DNA from: Elusimicrobiota bacterium
GTDB taxonomy: Bacteria; Elusimicrobiota; Elusimicrobia; Elusimicrobiales; UBA9959
NCBI GenBank assembly: GCA_027340875.1
Contig: DAIENX010000007.1
Coordinates: 32,001 to 96,000 of the forward strand
Direction of reading: 5' to 3'
Length of the DNA: 64,000 bases
A program made the position numbers and the translations under genes. The notes under the pieces are model-generated. The model made no database searches. It saw only the letters and a list, made by a program, of their open reading frames with translations, and was not told the DNA's origin. This document shows, piece by piece, positions 38,089 through 48,554 of the stretch (position 1 is its first letter; each line of letters opens with the position of its first letter).

Positions 38089-39111
38089 ATGGACTTCCAG
38101 AAGCTCTCCGCGTTCCTGGAAAAGAGCGGCCTGCCGGCCTTCCGCATGAAACAGGTGCGCGCCGCCGTCTACCGCGGCATGGCCGCCTCCTGGGACGATG
38201 TTACCGTGCTCCCGGCCCCCCTCAGGGAACAGCTGTCCCGGGAGTTCCGCCTGCATTCCGTGGAGCAGCTGGAAGCGCAGGTATCGGCCAAGGGCGACGC
38301 GGTCAAGTTCCTGTACGGCCTGAAGGACGGCCGCAAGATAGAGACAGTGCTGCTGAACCTGCTGCCGGAAAAGTGGAGCCTCTGCGTCTCCACCCAGGTG
38401 GGCTGCCCTGTGCGCTGCCCGTTCTGCGCCACCGGCAAGAAGGGGCTGAAGAGGAACCTCTCTCCCGACGAGATAACCGACCAGTTCCTGGCGGCCGGCG
38501 CCTGGCTCAGGAAGGCCCGCGGCCAGAAGATAGGCAACGTGATCTTCATGGGCATGGGCGAGCCGTTCTACAACTACGACGCCGTGGGCGAGGCCATAAA
38601 GACCATGACCGACCCCGACAGGATCGGCCTGGGCCAGCGCCACATCTCGGTCTCCACCGCCGGCCACGTGCCCGGCATCCGGCGCTTCGCGAAGGATTTC
38701 CCGCAGTGCAACCTGGCGATATCGCTGCACGCCTCAGAGGACGCGCTGCGCAACGAGCTGGTTCCGCTTAACAGGCAGTACCCGCTGTCCCAGCTGGCCA
38801 AGGCCCTGAACGACTACATCTTCAGCACCCGCCGCCGCGTGTTCGTGGAGTACGTGCTGATGGACGGCGTGAACAACAGCCGCTCCCAGGCCGGCAAGCT
38901 CAACTCCTGGCTGCGCTCGGTGGCCGCCCCCAAGTATTTCACGATAAACCTGATCCCCTACAACCGCACCGGCTGCCCTTACAATACGCCGGCCAAGGAC
39001 CGCGTTAAGGTTTTCGCGGGTCTTATGGAGACCTACGGCTTCGAGGTCACCGTCCGCAAGAGCCTGGGCGACGACATAGCCGGCGCCTGCGGCCAACTGT
39101 CCGGAAAATAG
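38089..39111 (+). CDS. rlmN: Dual-specificity RNA methyltransferase RlmN
   Basis: CVSTQVGCPVRCPFCATG, MGMGEP, SLHA, GACGQL. Confidence 0.93.
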   Translation: MDFQKLSAFLEKSGLPAFRMKQVRAAVYRGMAASWDDVTVLPAPLREQLSREFRLHSVEQLEAQVSAKGDAVKFLYGLKDGRKIETVLLNLLPEKWSLCVSTQVGCPVRCPFCATGKKGLKRNLSPDEITDQFLAAGAWLRKARGQKIGNVIFMGMGEPFYNYDAVGEAIKTMTDPDRIGLGQRHISVSTAGHVPGIRRFAKDFPQCNLAISLHASEDALRNELVPLNRQYPLSQLAKALNDYIFSTRRRVFVEYVLMDGVNNSRSQAGKLNSWLRSVAAPKYFTINLIPYNRTGCPYNTPAKDRVKVFAGLMETYGFEVTVRKSLGDDIAGACGQLSGK

Positions 39112-39138
39112 CGCCCGCCCGCCGCGTCTTGCACGAAA

Positions 39139-39174
39139 GAAAAGCCCCCGGCGTTGCCGGGGGCTTTTCTTTTT
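39139..39174. terminator. Bidirectional intrinsic terminator
   Basis: gaaaagcccccggc/gccgggggcttttc between convergent genes. Confidence 0.85.
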
Positions 39175-39187
39175 CGGACGGCGCGCT

Positions 39188-40375
39188 CTAGCAGCCGCCG
39201 AGTATGCGCTTGGCCTTCTTGACCGCCGGCTCCGCCGGCGCGGCCTTGAGCAGGCCGGGCACGATCCGCTTCGCTTCCTCGCGGAAACGGTAGGCGTTGT
39301 CCCGCTCGAAAGCGGAAGCGCCGGCCGCCGGCTTGAAATCCAGTATCCGGTCCCTGAACGCCTTCAGCCCGCCCTCCAGTATCCTTATGTCCCGGAAGCC
39401 CAGCCTGTCGGCGATGAAGGCCATCCTGCGCTCCGTCTGTTCGTCCTCGGCCGCGAACACGTAGGTCAGCCCGCGGGTCAGCAGGGTCCTGGCGGCCTGC
39501 TTCTCGAACAGCCCTCCGGCAGTGAACGGCACCGAGCCCGGCAGCGGCATCTTGGCGCGCGCCTCCTCGGGCCGGAAATCCACGATGCGCATCTTATCCC
39601 CGCCGTCCATCAGCCTGAGCGCGAACTCGTCGGGGGTCATCGCGTCGGCCTTATAGGCCTGCGCGGCCCCCGGGGCCTCGGAGGCCTCGAGCAGCGAGGC
39701 CTTCCTGGAGGGCATCAGCAGGGCTGCCGCGGCCAGCACCAGCCCCGCGGCTCCGAGCCCGGCGTAGTACGGCGTGAACCGCACCGCCGGCCTCTTCACG
39801 CCGTTGACCCTGTTCTCTATGATAGAGACGGCCCAGAAAGCCCCGAGCGCGGCCAGCACCAGCAGGAAGGCGAACAGGCTCTGCGAGATGCGCAGGCTGT
39901 CGAAGACCTGCGGACTGCCCCACGGCGCGGCCATATAGAGCTTCACGAACAGCGGATAGCCCTCGGCGAAGATGAACACGCCGAGGAAGGCGCCGCCTAT
40001 GAAGACCATCGCGTCCAGCTTGCCTATGGCCGCCGCGCAGATACTGGTGCCCGGGCAGAACCCGCCAACCACGAAGCCCAGCCCCATTATCAGGCCGCCG
40101 ACTATGGCGGCCCAGAGGAAGGTCGGGTTTATGTAGACCAGGCTCATGTCCAGCAGGCCGAAGTGCTCTAGGCCTATCACGCCCAGCATGGCCGTCACGC
40201 CGGCGGTGAAGAACACGCGCAGCACCGTGAAGTCATAGCCGTAGAACAGGCCCACCAGCTTCCTCGTGCTCGAGAAGCCGGCCTGTTCCAGCACCATGCC
40301 GAAAAGCAGCCCTACCCCCAGGGCTACGAGATAGTTCAGATTGTTGCTGATTATGTCTGGTACTAAAGGCCCCAT
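39188..40375 (-). CDS. YeeE/YedE sulfur-transport protein fused to a rhodanese-like domain
   Basis: GLLFG..LE.AGF, GGFCPGT; C-terminal IVDFR...LPGS...LGF..I..LEGG; ends GGC. Confidence 0.85.
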   Translation of the reverse strand: MGPLVPDIISNNLNYLVALGVGLLFGMVLEQAGFSSTRKLVGLFYGYDFTVLRVFFTAGVTAMLGVIGLEHFGLLDMSLVYINPTFLWAAIVGGLIMGLGFVVGGFCPGTSICAAAIGKLDAMVFIGGAFLGVFIFAEGYPLFVKLYMAAPWGSPQVFDSLRISQSLFAFLLVLAALGAFWAVSIIENRVNGVKRPAVRFTPYYAGLGAAGLVLAAAALLMPSRKASLLEASEAPGAAQAYKADAMTPDEFALRLMDGGDKMRIVDFRPEEARAKMPLPGSVPFTAGGLFEKQAARTLLTRGLTYVFAAEDEQTERRMAFIADRLGFRDIRILEGGLKAFRDRILDFKPAAGASAFERDNAYRFREEAKRIVPGLLKAAPAEPAVKKAKRILGGC

Positions 40376-40385
40376 ATATCTCTCC

Positions 40386-40925
40386 TCATATCCAGAGCTT
40401 CCGGACGAAGTACGCGAAGCCGTACGCGCCGGCGAAGATGAAGATCATCGTTATTATGCCGCCGGTGGACATCACGGCCATGCCGCTCAGCGCCGCTCCG
40501 CTGGTACAGCCGCGGCCCAACTGCGCGCCGATGCCCCACAGAACGCCGCCGGCCAGCGCGCCCCAGACCCTCATCCTGTTGGTGGCGGAAGGTCCCTTGT
40601 CGAACCTGAAGGCCAGCCGGTCGGAGATCAGGCCCGACAGGAAGGCGCCGATGATCACGCCGACCGCCTCGAAGACCAGCCAGTTCTTGAGCGGCCCCTC
40701 GGGGTGCTGCGCCGCGTATTCGCTGTAGAACTCTGACGACGCCGCGTGACCCGGCGCCACCGCCTGCACCGCCGCCACCACTCCGCTCTTCAGCGCGCCG
40801 CTGGCCCCAAGTCCGCGGCCCGTCATGAAGATCGTGGCCAGCAGTACCATACCCAGCAGGAAGCCCGCCAGGTACGGGTTCATATACTTAGTCTCTTGCG
40901 CGTCTTTTACGTGTTCACTCTTCAT
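40386..40925 (-). CDS. YeeE/YedE sulfur-transport membrane protein
   Basis: NPYLAG, GLGASG, LGRGCTSG. Confidence 0.88.
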   Translation of the reverse strand: MKSEHVKDAQETKYMNPYLAGFLLGMVLLATIFMTGRGLGASGALKSGVVAAVQAVAPGHAASSEFYSEYAAQHPEGPLKNWLVFEAVGVIIGAFLSGLISDRLAFRFDKGPSATNRMRVWGALAGGVLWGIGAQLGRGCTSGAALSGMAVMSTGGIITMIFIFAGAYGFAYFVRKLWI

Positions 40926-41535
40926 CTTCCAGCTCCTCCCAGCCCGTCAACATGGCCTTCAGGTTGGACGTCACGGTGCTGCCGGTGGTCATAAGGTAAA
41001 GGTGCCCGATCAGGAACGCCGCCAGCGCGAAGGCGCAGGCCGTATGCACCAGCGCTACGGGGCCCAGGGAGCCGGCCGACAGGAAGCCCGGCAGGCCGCC
41101 GCCCTGGTAGCGGTAGAACATGTACAGCAGGCCGGACAGCAGCGTGGCCGGCAGCAGGAAGACCTTCAGGCCGAAGTAGGCCAGCTTCTGCAGCGGGTTC
41201 AGCTTGGAATGCGCGGTCTTCTTGGTAGGGTGCGGCGCGTTCCGGAAGATACCGAACACGTAGTACTCCAGCTGCGCCGAGATGTTCTTCGTGGTCGGCA
41301 CGTACTGTTTCCATTCGCCCGTGGTGAAATGCCAGAAGATAGCGAAGGCTATCAGCACCATCAGCAGCCAGGTGGCGTCGTTGTGGTAGCGGACGGCGTC
41401 CCTGAAGCCGAGGAAGGAATAGGCGCCGTGTATCTCGAACCCGGTGAAGCCGAGGAAGATGATCAGCACGGCCTGCGTCCAGTGCCAGAACCGCTCGAAG
41501 CCGGTGTAGATCCTCACTTTCTTATGCGTCTTCAT
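40915..41535 (-). CDS. Cytochrome b membrane anchor (hydrogenase/thiosulfate reductase type)
   Basis: ERFWHWTQA, NPLQKLAY, four TM His, H.Y..TTG, AMLTGWE. Confidence 0.9.
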   Translation of the reverse strand: MKTHKKVRIYTGFERFWHWTQAVLIIFLGFTGFEIHGAYSFLGFRDAVRYHNDATWLLMVLIAFAIFWHFTTGEWKQYVPTTKNISAQLEYYVFGIFRNAPHPTKKTAHSKLNPLQKLAYFGLKVFLLPATLLSGLLYMFYRYQGGGLPGFLSAGSLGPVALVHTACAFALAAFLIGHLYLMTTGSTVTSNLKAMLTGWEELEDEE

Positions 41536-43109
41536 TTTTTCTCACCGCCTTTGTAGGCCCTGCGGCTGATGATGCGGCCCGCGCCGTGCAGCAGCACGCC
41601 CAGCAGGGTTACTATCAGCATCAGCTTCCCCAGTATATCTAGCGCTTTAGAGCGGTCCCTGCCCGGCAGGTAGAAGCCGTTCAGTCCCGCCAGACGGCCG
41701 CCGTCACGCTCGTGGCATTCCGAGCATTTCAGCGTCTCTTCCTTGGGCGCAACCATGTGGTTCAGGGGCCAGTTCATGTCGGTACGGATGAAGGTTATCT
41801 TGCCGCTGAACGGCAGCCCGACCTTCTTCATGCCGAGCCGCGCGGCCGACTGCCAGTCGAAGTCCTTCCAGAAGCCGCCCTCGCCTTTCCTGTCGGCGTA
41901 CAGCTTCGGCTGTATCAGCGTCTTATTTACCGGGTCGAAGGGCTGGTTGGCCCGGTGCACCTTCACCGGTATTATCTTCGCGTTGTCGTCGGAATAGGAG
42001 CCGTAGAGCGGGTTCAGCACCAACGGCTTCGAGGTATCCTCCACCTTGTCGCCGCTCAGGTAATGCGAGGCGGTGCCGTTGGACCAGGCGTATTCCGGCT
42101 TCAGGTGGTCGCCCCACTTGAACGAGCCCTTTATCGACAGGTAGGTATGGTTGCCCCGCTCGTCCTCCTCGGAATAGGGCTTGCCGTCCCTGAGCTTTCC
42201 AGCCGTGGACCAGTCCCAGAACACCTTGGTGGAGTTGGCCTTGGCGTAGAGCGGGATGTGGCAGCTCTGGCAGGCCACTTTGGCGGTATGCTCGTTGATC
42301 ACCCTGTCCTTGTGCGGCGAGGCGGTGTGGCACCGCTCGCAGGTGACCCGGTTACGGTCCATGGACGAAAGCGAGTACATCTTTCCGGAGATCTCGTGGT
42401 TCTCCGTGAGGTGGCAGTCGACGCACTGCATGTTGGCGCCGTTCTGCGCCATGTGCACGTCCAGTTCTCTGGAGGGCTCGAACTGCGCCTTCTCCAGGTC
42501 CCCGTGCTTGACGTTGTTGCCGCCGCCGCCGAAGAAGTGGCAGATGCCGCAGTTGGCGCGCCTGGGCAGGCCGACGCTGCGGGCCGCAGCGCCGAGGTCC
42601 ACTTTCGGGTCCGGCGCGCCGCCCATGTCGGAGCCTTTCGCGTAGGTCTCGGAATTGTCGTGGCAGACCAGGCAGTCCACGTCATCGGGGTCCTTAGGTA
42701 CGGAGCCGTCCGCGTTTCGCCCGTAGCCCGGGTGGCACTTGGCGCAGCTCTTCTCGTTGCCGGGGGTGCTGATGCAGAAGTTGTTTATCGCGTTCTTTTT
42801 GCCGAAATAGACCACGCCGCGCCCCGGGATGTACTCGCCCCTGTCCCAGGTCCAGTGGCTGGTATGCATCACCTCGTCCTGCGCCTTGTTGTGGCAGGAC
42901 AGGCAGGCCGCGGTGACCTGCTTCAGGTCCCCGAATTTCTTGTCCAGGGCCTGGAACTTGGAATGGTCCACCGAGGCCTTGTGCTTCTTGGGATATTCGG
43001 CCTTCAGTACGGACAGGGTGCCGGGATCGGTCTCACGCAGGGCCAGCGCCCCGGAAGGGACGCCGCCTATAAGGCCTGCCAGCGCTATTAATATAAGGAC
43101 TTTCTTCAT
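41532..43109 (-). CDS. Octaheme c-type cytochrome, tetrathionate reductase (OTR) family
   Basis: Eight CxxCH motifs (CLSCH, CAKCH, CLVCH, CGICH, CVDCH, CERCH, CQSCH, CSECH), GKKNAINNFC, GGGGNNVKHGD, signal peptide, C-terminal TM. Confidence 0.92.
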   Translation of the reverse strand: MKKVLILIALAGLIGGVPSGALALRETDPGTLSVLKAEYPKKHKASVDHSKFQALDKKFGDLKQVTAACLSCHNKAQDEVMHTSHWTWDRGEYIPGRGVVYFGKKNAINNFCISTPGNEKSCAKCHPGYGRNADGSVPKDPDDVDCLVCHDNSETYAKGSDMGGAPDPKVDLGAAARSVGLPRRANCGICHFFGGGGNNVKHGDLEKAQFEPSRELDVHMAQNGANMQCVDCHLTENHEISGKMYSLSSMDRNRVTCERCHTASPHKDRVINEHTAKVACQSCHIPLYAKANSTKVFWDWSTAGKLRDGKPYSEEDERGNHTYLSIKGSFKWGDHLKPEYAWSNGTASHYLSGDKVEDTSKPLVLNPLYGSYSDDNAKIIPVKVHRANQPFDPVNKTLIQPKLYADRKGEGGFWKDFDWQSAARLGMKKVGLPFSGKITFIRTDMNWPLNHMVAPKEETLKCSECHERDGGRLAGLNGFYLPGRDRSKALDILGKLMLIVTLLGVLLHGAGRIISRRAYKGGEKK

Positions 43110-43116
43110 ATTCGGT

Positions 43117-43434
43117 TCAAGGCCTGCCAGCGGCCGGCGTGCGGCCCGGGCAGTACAGCCTCCTCATCATGGCCACCATCTCGGACATCCTCCCGTCGCT
43201 GATGCCGTAGAAGACCTTGTTGCCGTCCTTGCGGCGCGAAAGCACGCCGTTGTCGGTCAGGATGCGCAGGTGCTGCGAGACGTTGCCCCTGGTGGTACCG
43301 AGGGGGCCGGAGATGTCCCCGGCGCATTTCTCCCCGGAGGAGAGCATGCAGACTATCAGCAGACGCAACGGGTGGGCGATGTGCCGGAGGGTCTTCGCGA
43401 GCCTCCCGGCTTCGGCGTGGCGCGGTGGTTTCAT
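43117..43434 (-). CDS. ArsR family repressor, YgaV/BigR/SqrR-like (copy 1)
   Basis: HPLRLLIVCML, SQHL..L, C-terminal LYCP. Confidence 0.9.
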   Translation of the reverse strand: MKPPRHAEAGRLAKTLRHIAHPLRLLIVCMLSSGEKCAGDISGPLGTTRGNVSQHLRILTDNGVLSRRKDGNKVFYGISDGRMSEMVAMMRRLYCPGRTPAAGRP

Positions 43435-43438
43435 GTAA

Positions 43439-43462
43439 GTATTTTAGCAAATACTAAAATAC
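43439..43462. promoter_or_regulatory. Putative ArsR operator
   Basis: gtattttag-N6-ctaaaatac perfect inverted repeat just upstream of the ATG. Confidence 0.75.
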
Positions 43463-43567
43463 ATTGGAACCCGCATCGGTCAATCCGCGCATTGTTTTTA
43501 GTCAAGAATTCCACAAAACAGAGGGGGCGGCCAAAGCCGTCCCCTCCCCTCACCCTATCCGTTTACC

Positions 43568-44785
43568 TTAGAACCTGAAGGTCAGCCCCAGGTCCAGCGC
43601 GTTCTCGGACAGCTCGGACTTGAGGGTGATCGTGCCGGAACTGTCGGTCTCGCTGATAGTCTTCGCCAGGGCCCTGGTGTAGCCCAGGTTCAGCGCGAAC
43701 TTAGGAGAGAACTCGTAGCCGCAGCCCAGGCTGACGTGGTTCTCCACGATGCCGGGGAAGCCTATTATCCTGAAATACTCGTAGCCGAAAGTGCTCATGC
43801 TCTTGCCCTGCACGCTGGTCATGCCGCTCATCGCGTTGAAGGCCTGGTGCTTCTTTACCGGGTTCTTCCCGTAGTTCCAGCCGGCGCGCAGCGTCAGCTT
43901 ATCGGTGGTCTTGTTCTGGACTCCGAGCCCGAACACGGTCTGGGACCCCCAGTCGAAGTCCTTGTAGCCCTCGGCGTTGCCCCAGTCTATGTACTTCACG
44001 TCGGCCGAGAACAGCCACTTATCGAGGCCCTTGTAGGCCGCGCCGGCCCCGTACTGGGCCGGGTTCTCGAGCTTGAGCGAGTCGAAGCCGTTAAAGGCGC
44101 CGCCGGCCCCGGTCCCGTCGAAATCGTAGATGCGCTTATGCTCCACGCTCTGCGGGCTCACGTACGTCAGGCCGAAGTTCCAGGCGCCGGCCTCATAGCC
44201 CGCGCCGAGGCGCGCGCCCACGGCGTAGTTATGGGAAAGCCCAGACCCGAAGTCGGCGGCCTGATAATCTATGTCCATGCCGAGCCCGTACGAGAAAGCC
44301 CCGCTCTTCCAGGACACGGCCGGAACGAATTTCATCACGGAGACCTTGGTATTGGTCTTCATCGGGTCCTTGTTCCGGTAGTCCACGCCCATGCCGGAAA
44401 CTCCGTAGGCGGCTATACCGAAATTCACCTTGTCCGTCATCGGAGTGGAGAGGCCTATCGCCGGCACGGCGTAGACGGCGTCCTGGCTGGTCGCTTTCCA
44501 GTTGCCCGGCATGCCGCCGCCGGACGGAGCGACCACCGTCGCCTTAACGGCCGGGCTGAAATCGGTGCCGGCGAAGTTGAACTGCGAGCCCTCTATCTGG
44601 GAGAGAGCGGCCGGGTTGGAGAAGATGGCGCTGATGGAGTCCTGCGGGGCGGCTATCCCGGTTCCGCCCATGGCCCGGGACGTGGGGCCCACGCCTATCA
44701 GGTTGTCCCCGTTCGTCGCGTAGCAGACGGCGGAGAGCCCTATCAGGGCCGTTGCCGCCGCGAGATGTCTTACTGTCCGTTTCAT
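43568..44785 (-). CDS. OmpP1/FadL/TodX family outer membrane channel
   Basis: Signal peptide, SRAMGG...NPA hatch motif, LRAGWNY, terminal F. Confidence 0.9.
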   Translation of the reverse strand: MKRTVRHLAAATALIGLSAVCYATNGDNLIGVGPTSRAMGGTGIAAPQDSISAIFSNPAALSQIEGSQFNFAGTDFSPAVKATVVAPSGGGMPGNWKATSQDAVYAVPAIGLSTPMTDKVNFGIAAYGVSGMGVDYRNKDPMKTNTKVSVMKFVPAVSWKSGAFSYGLGMDIDYQAADFGSGLSHNYAVGARLGAGYEAGAWNFGLTYVSPQSVEHKRIYDFDGTGAGGAFNGFDSLKLENPAQYGAGAAYKGLDKWLFSADVKYIDWGNAEGYKDFDWGSQTVFGLGVQNKTTDKLTLRAGWNYGKNPVKKHQAFNAMSGMTSVQGKSMSTFGYEYFRIIGFPGIVENHVSLGCGYEFSPKFALNLGYTRALAKTISETDSSGTITLKSELSENALDLGLTFRF

Positions 44786-44830
44786 TATTGCTGCCTCCTT
44801 ATATAACCTGCGTATCGAACTGTTGGCGGA

Positions 44831-45133
44831 CTAGTGCCCGCCGCCCGGGCAATACAGGTTCCTCATCGCGTCCAGCAGCTTCACCAGCTTCCCGTCCGCT
44901 ATGCGGTAGATGACCCTGTTCGCCTCCCTCCTGTAAGCTATGACCCCGTTGTCCGACAGCACGCGCAGGTGCTGCGAGATGTTCCCCTTGGTGGTGCCCA
45001 GCCTGGCGACGATATCGCCGGCGCACTTCTCGCCCTCGGAGAGCATGCAGATCATCAGCAGCCTCAGCGGGTGGGAGATGTGCTTCAGGGTCCTTGCGAG
45101 CTTCTCTGCCTGGTTCATGCGCGGTGTCTTCAT
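44831..45133 (-). CDS. ArsR family repressor, YgaV/BigR/SqrR-like (copy 2)
   Basis: HPLRLLMICML, SQHL, LYCP; close paralog of 43117-43434. Confidence 0.9.
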   Translation of the reverse strand: MKTPRMNQAEKLARTLKHISHPLRLLMICMLSEGEKCAGDIVARLGTTKGNISQHLRVLSDNGVIAYRREANRVIYRIADGKLVKLLDAMRNLYCPGGGH

Positions 45134-45142
45134 GTATAGAAA

Positions 45143-45158
45143 TTTAGTAAATTCTAAA
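45143..45158. promoter_or_regulatory. Putative ArsR operator (second copy)
   Basis: tttag-N6-ctaaa at nearly the same distance from the ATG as the first copy. Confidence 0.65.
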
Positions 45159-45250
45159 CCATCCGCGTACCCCTCCCGGTCAGCCGGCGGATTGTTTTAT
45201 GTTAGCGCCGGGCATGACGAAAGGACCGGAACGCGCGGCTGCGGGCCCAT

Positions 45251-45280
45251 AAAAAAGGCCCCGGGCGGAAGCCCGGGGCC
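45251..45280 (-). terminator. Intrinsic terminator after thiolase
   Basis: ggccccgggc/gcccggggcc hairpin with an A-run on the + strand. Confidence 0.8.
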
Positions 45281-45303
45281 CTTCGCCGCGCTTAGGGTGC
45301 TAC

Positions 45304-46485
<1,182 letters not shown>

Positions 46486-46515
46486 TTTCCCTCCCGAGTA
46501 TGTGTATAACAGATC

Positions 46516-47850
46516 TTACAGGTAGCCCAGCTGCGCCGCCCGGCGCCTGAGCTCCGCCCTGAAATCAGGGTGGGCCACGTTCATCAGCGCGTTAGCCCTC
46601 TCCCGAACGGTTCGGCCGCGCAGCCGCGCTATGCCGAACTCGGTCACTATATTGTCGGTGTTCGCCCTGTGCAGCGTGACCGCCGTCCCCTCGGACAGCG
46701 CAGGTACGATAGCGGAGACCGTCCCGTTCTTGGCCGTCGAGCGGCAGGCGATGATGGACTTGCCGAGGCCGTCGTAGGCCTCCTTGGCTCCCACGGCGGT
46801 GTCGGTCTGCCCGCCGGTGCCGGAATACTGGACGTGGCCTAGGGTTTCGCTGGCCACCTGGCCGGTCAGGTCCACGGTCAGGCAGGTGTTGATGGAGACC
46901 ATCCTGGAGTTCCGGCGTATCACCGCGGGGTCGTTCACCCAGGAACCCCTGCGGAACTCCACCGCCGGGTTGTCGTGCAGCCAGTCATAGAGCTTCCGCG
47001 AGCCCATCGCGAAGGTGCAGACGAACTTGTCCTTCAGCAGGGCTTTGCGCTTATTGGTGATGACGCCGGCCTCGTAGAGCTCCATCATCGAGTCCACCAT
47101 CATCTCGGTGTGCACGCCCAGTTCCTTCTTGTCCTTCAGCGCCAGCGCGCAGGCGTTCGGTATGCCGCCGATGCCGAGCTGCAGCGTGGAGCCGTCGTCC
47201 ACCAGCTCGGAGATGTAATTCCCGATGGCCTTCTCCGTCGCGTCCGGGGCGGGGGACGGCAGGGTCGGCACTTCCTGGTCGTGCTCGACGAACCAGTCCA
47301 CGTCGCTGACGTGGAGGTGCGTGTCGCCGAAGGTGCGCGGCAGGTTGCGGTTTATCTCGAGGATGACGGTATCGGCCGCCTCGATGACGTCCTTCTCGTA
47401 GGTTATGCCGAGCGACAGCGAGACGAAGCCCTTGGCGTCCGGCGGCGTGCAGGTGCCGAAGAAGATGTCGGGCTTGCGGGCCTGGATGCGGTCCGTCGCC
47501 GCGCGGTGCAGCATATTGGGCACGTAGGTGACGGTACCGGCGCCCGCGGCCAGCGCTTTCCTGGAGCCGGGGGCGTGGAACCAGCTGGCCAGTTCGAAAT
47601 GCCCCCTCATCTCCGGCTTCATGTAGAAATCGTAGGGCCTGAGCGTCAGCACGGAGAACACGCGCACATCCTCCACGTTCGGCGCGACCGTATGGAAGGC
47701 CGCCATGCAGCCCTGCGGCTCCGAGGCGCACTGCGCCACCACCACGTCGTCCCCGCTCTTTATCTTCGAAGCAGCCTCTTCCGCGGTTATAAGCTTTCCG
47801 GCGTACACGCTTTTGCGCGCGGCGGCCGGCCTATCCAGAGTCGCTGTCAT
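46516..47850 (-). CDS. Acetyl-CoA hydrolase / 4-hydroxybutyrate CoA-transferase family
   Basis: LQLGIGGIP, GVHTEM, DLTGQV..E, SGTGGQ.D, VTEFG.A.LRG, AHPDFR. Confidence 0.93.
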   Translation of the reverse strand: MTATLDRPAAARKSVYAGKLITAEEAASKIKSGDDVVVAQCASEPQGCMAAFHTVAPNVEDVRVFSVLTLRPYDFYMKPEMRGHFELASWFHAPGSRKALAAGAGTVTYVPNMLHRAATDRIQARKPDIFFGTCTPPDAKGFVSLSLGITYEKDVIEAADTVILEINRNLPRTFGDTHLHVSDVDWFVEHDQEVPTLPSPAPDATEKAIGNYISELVDDGSTLQLGIGGIPNACALALKDKKELGVHTEMMVDSMMELYEAGVITNKRKALLKDKFVCTFAMGSRKLYDWLHDNPAVEFRRGSWVNDPAVIRRNSRMVSINTCLTVDLTGQVASETLGHVQYSGTGGQTDTAVGAKEAYDGLGKSIIACRSTAKNGTVSAIVPALSEGTAVTLHRANTDNIVTEFGIARLRGRTVRERANALMNVAHPDFRAELRRRAAQLGYL

Positions 47851-48461
47851 GCCAGTATCCCCCTCTTGAACACCCTCGCGAACATCTTCACGGCCTGCGC
47901 GTCGGCCAGCCCGTAGTGGCCCTTCACCTTGAAGAGCTTCTCCATGATGAAATAGTTGAAATAGTTCCAGGTCACCATCATCAGCGCGCCTACCGGGTCT
48001 ATATCCCGGGCCACGCGGGCCTTGCCGGCCGGGCCGGCCTTCAGCGCGGCGGCGTAGCCCTGCCGCATGCGCGCGAACATCCTGTTGACGTGCTTCGCCT
48101 CGAACTCCACCACGTCCACGTATATAAGGAGAATATAGGCGGAGAACCTCTCCACGACCTCGCGCGACGCGAAACCCAGGCCCTCTATATTGTCCGGGAA
48201 TGAGGTGGAAGAAAGGGCCTTTATCAGCGGCTGGTCCGGGCGGAAATACTCGCCTTCGTACTTCTCCAGCAGCGAGACGAAGATCTCCTCCTTGGTGCCG
48301 AAATAGTTGTAGATATTCCCCAGGGAAACGCCGGCTTCGGCCGCGATATCCCTGGTGGAGGTGCCGTTGAATCCTTTGCGCGTGAACAGGTCCGACGCCG
48401 CGGACAGGATCCTGTCCAGGTTAGCCGTGCCGCCCTTCTCCGTTTTCGCCTTTTTCCCCAT
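47847..48461 (-). CDS. TetR family regulator
   Basis: LF..KGF..TSTRDIA..AGVS.G.IYNYF.TKE. Confidence 0.95.
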   Translation of the reverse strand: MGKKAKTEKGGTANLDRILSAASDLFTRKGFNGTSTRDIAAEAGVSLGNIYNYFGTKEEIFVSLLEKYEGEYFRPDQPLIKALSSTSFPDNIEGLGFASREVVERFSAYILLIYVDVVEFEAKHVNRMFARMRQGYAAALKAGPAGKARVARDIDPVGALMMVTWNYFNYFIMEKLFKVKGHYGLADAQAVKMFARVFKRGILA

Positions 48462-48463
48462 AC

Positions 48464-48517
48464 ATGAACGAGCGTTCGTTCATATATATTCTAGCACAGC
48501 CGCGCCTTCACGGTCAA
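48464..48517 (-). promoter_or_regulatory. Promoter and putative TetR operator
   Basis: TTGACC-N18-TAGAAT on the minus strand (48517-48488); atgaacga-N4-tcgttcat inverted repeat at 48464-48483. Confidence 0.7.
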
Positions 48518-48554
48518 CCGCCGGGGCCCCGGCCTGCCGGGGCCCCGCGAACGT

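Noticed and set aside
38089..39111. A ninth radical SAM enzyme belonging to the peptide systems
   Set aside because: Typical RlmN motifs (MGMGEP, GACGQL) and 24 kb away; housekeeping.
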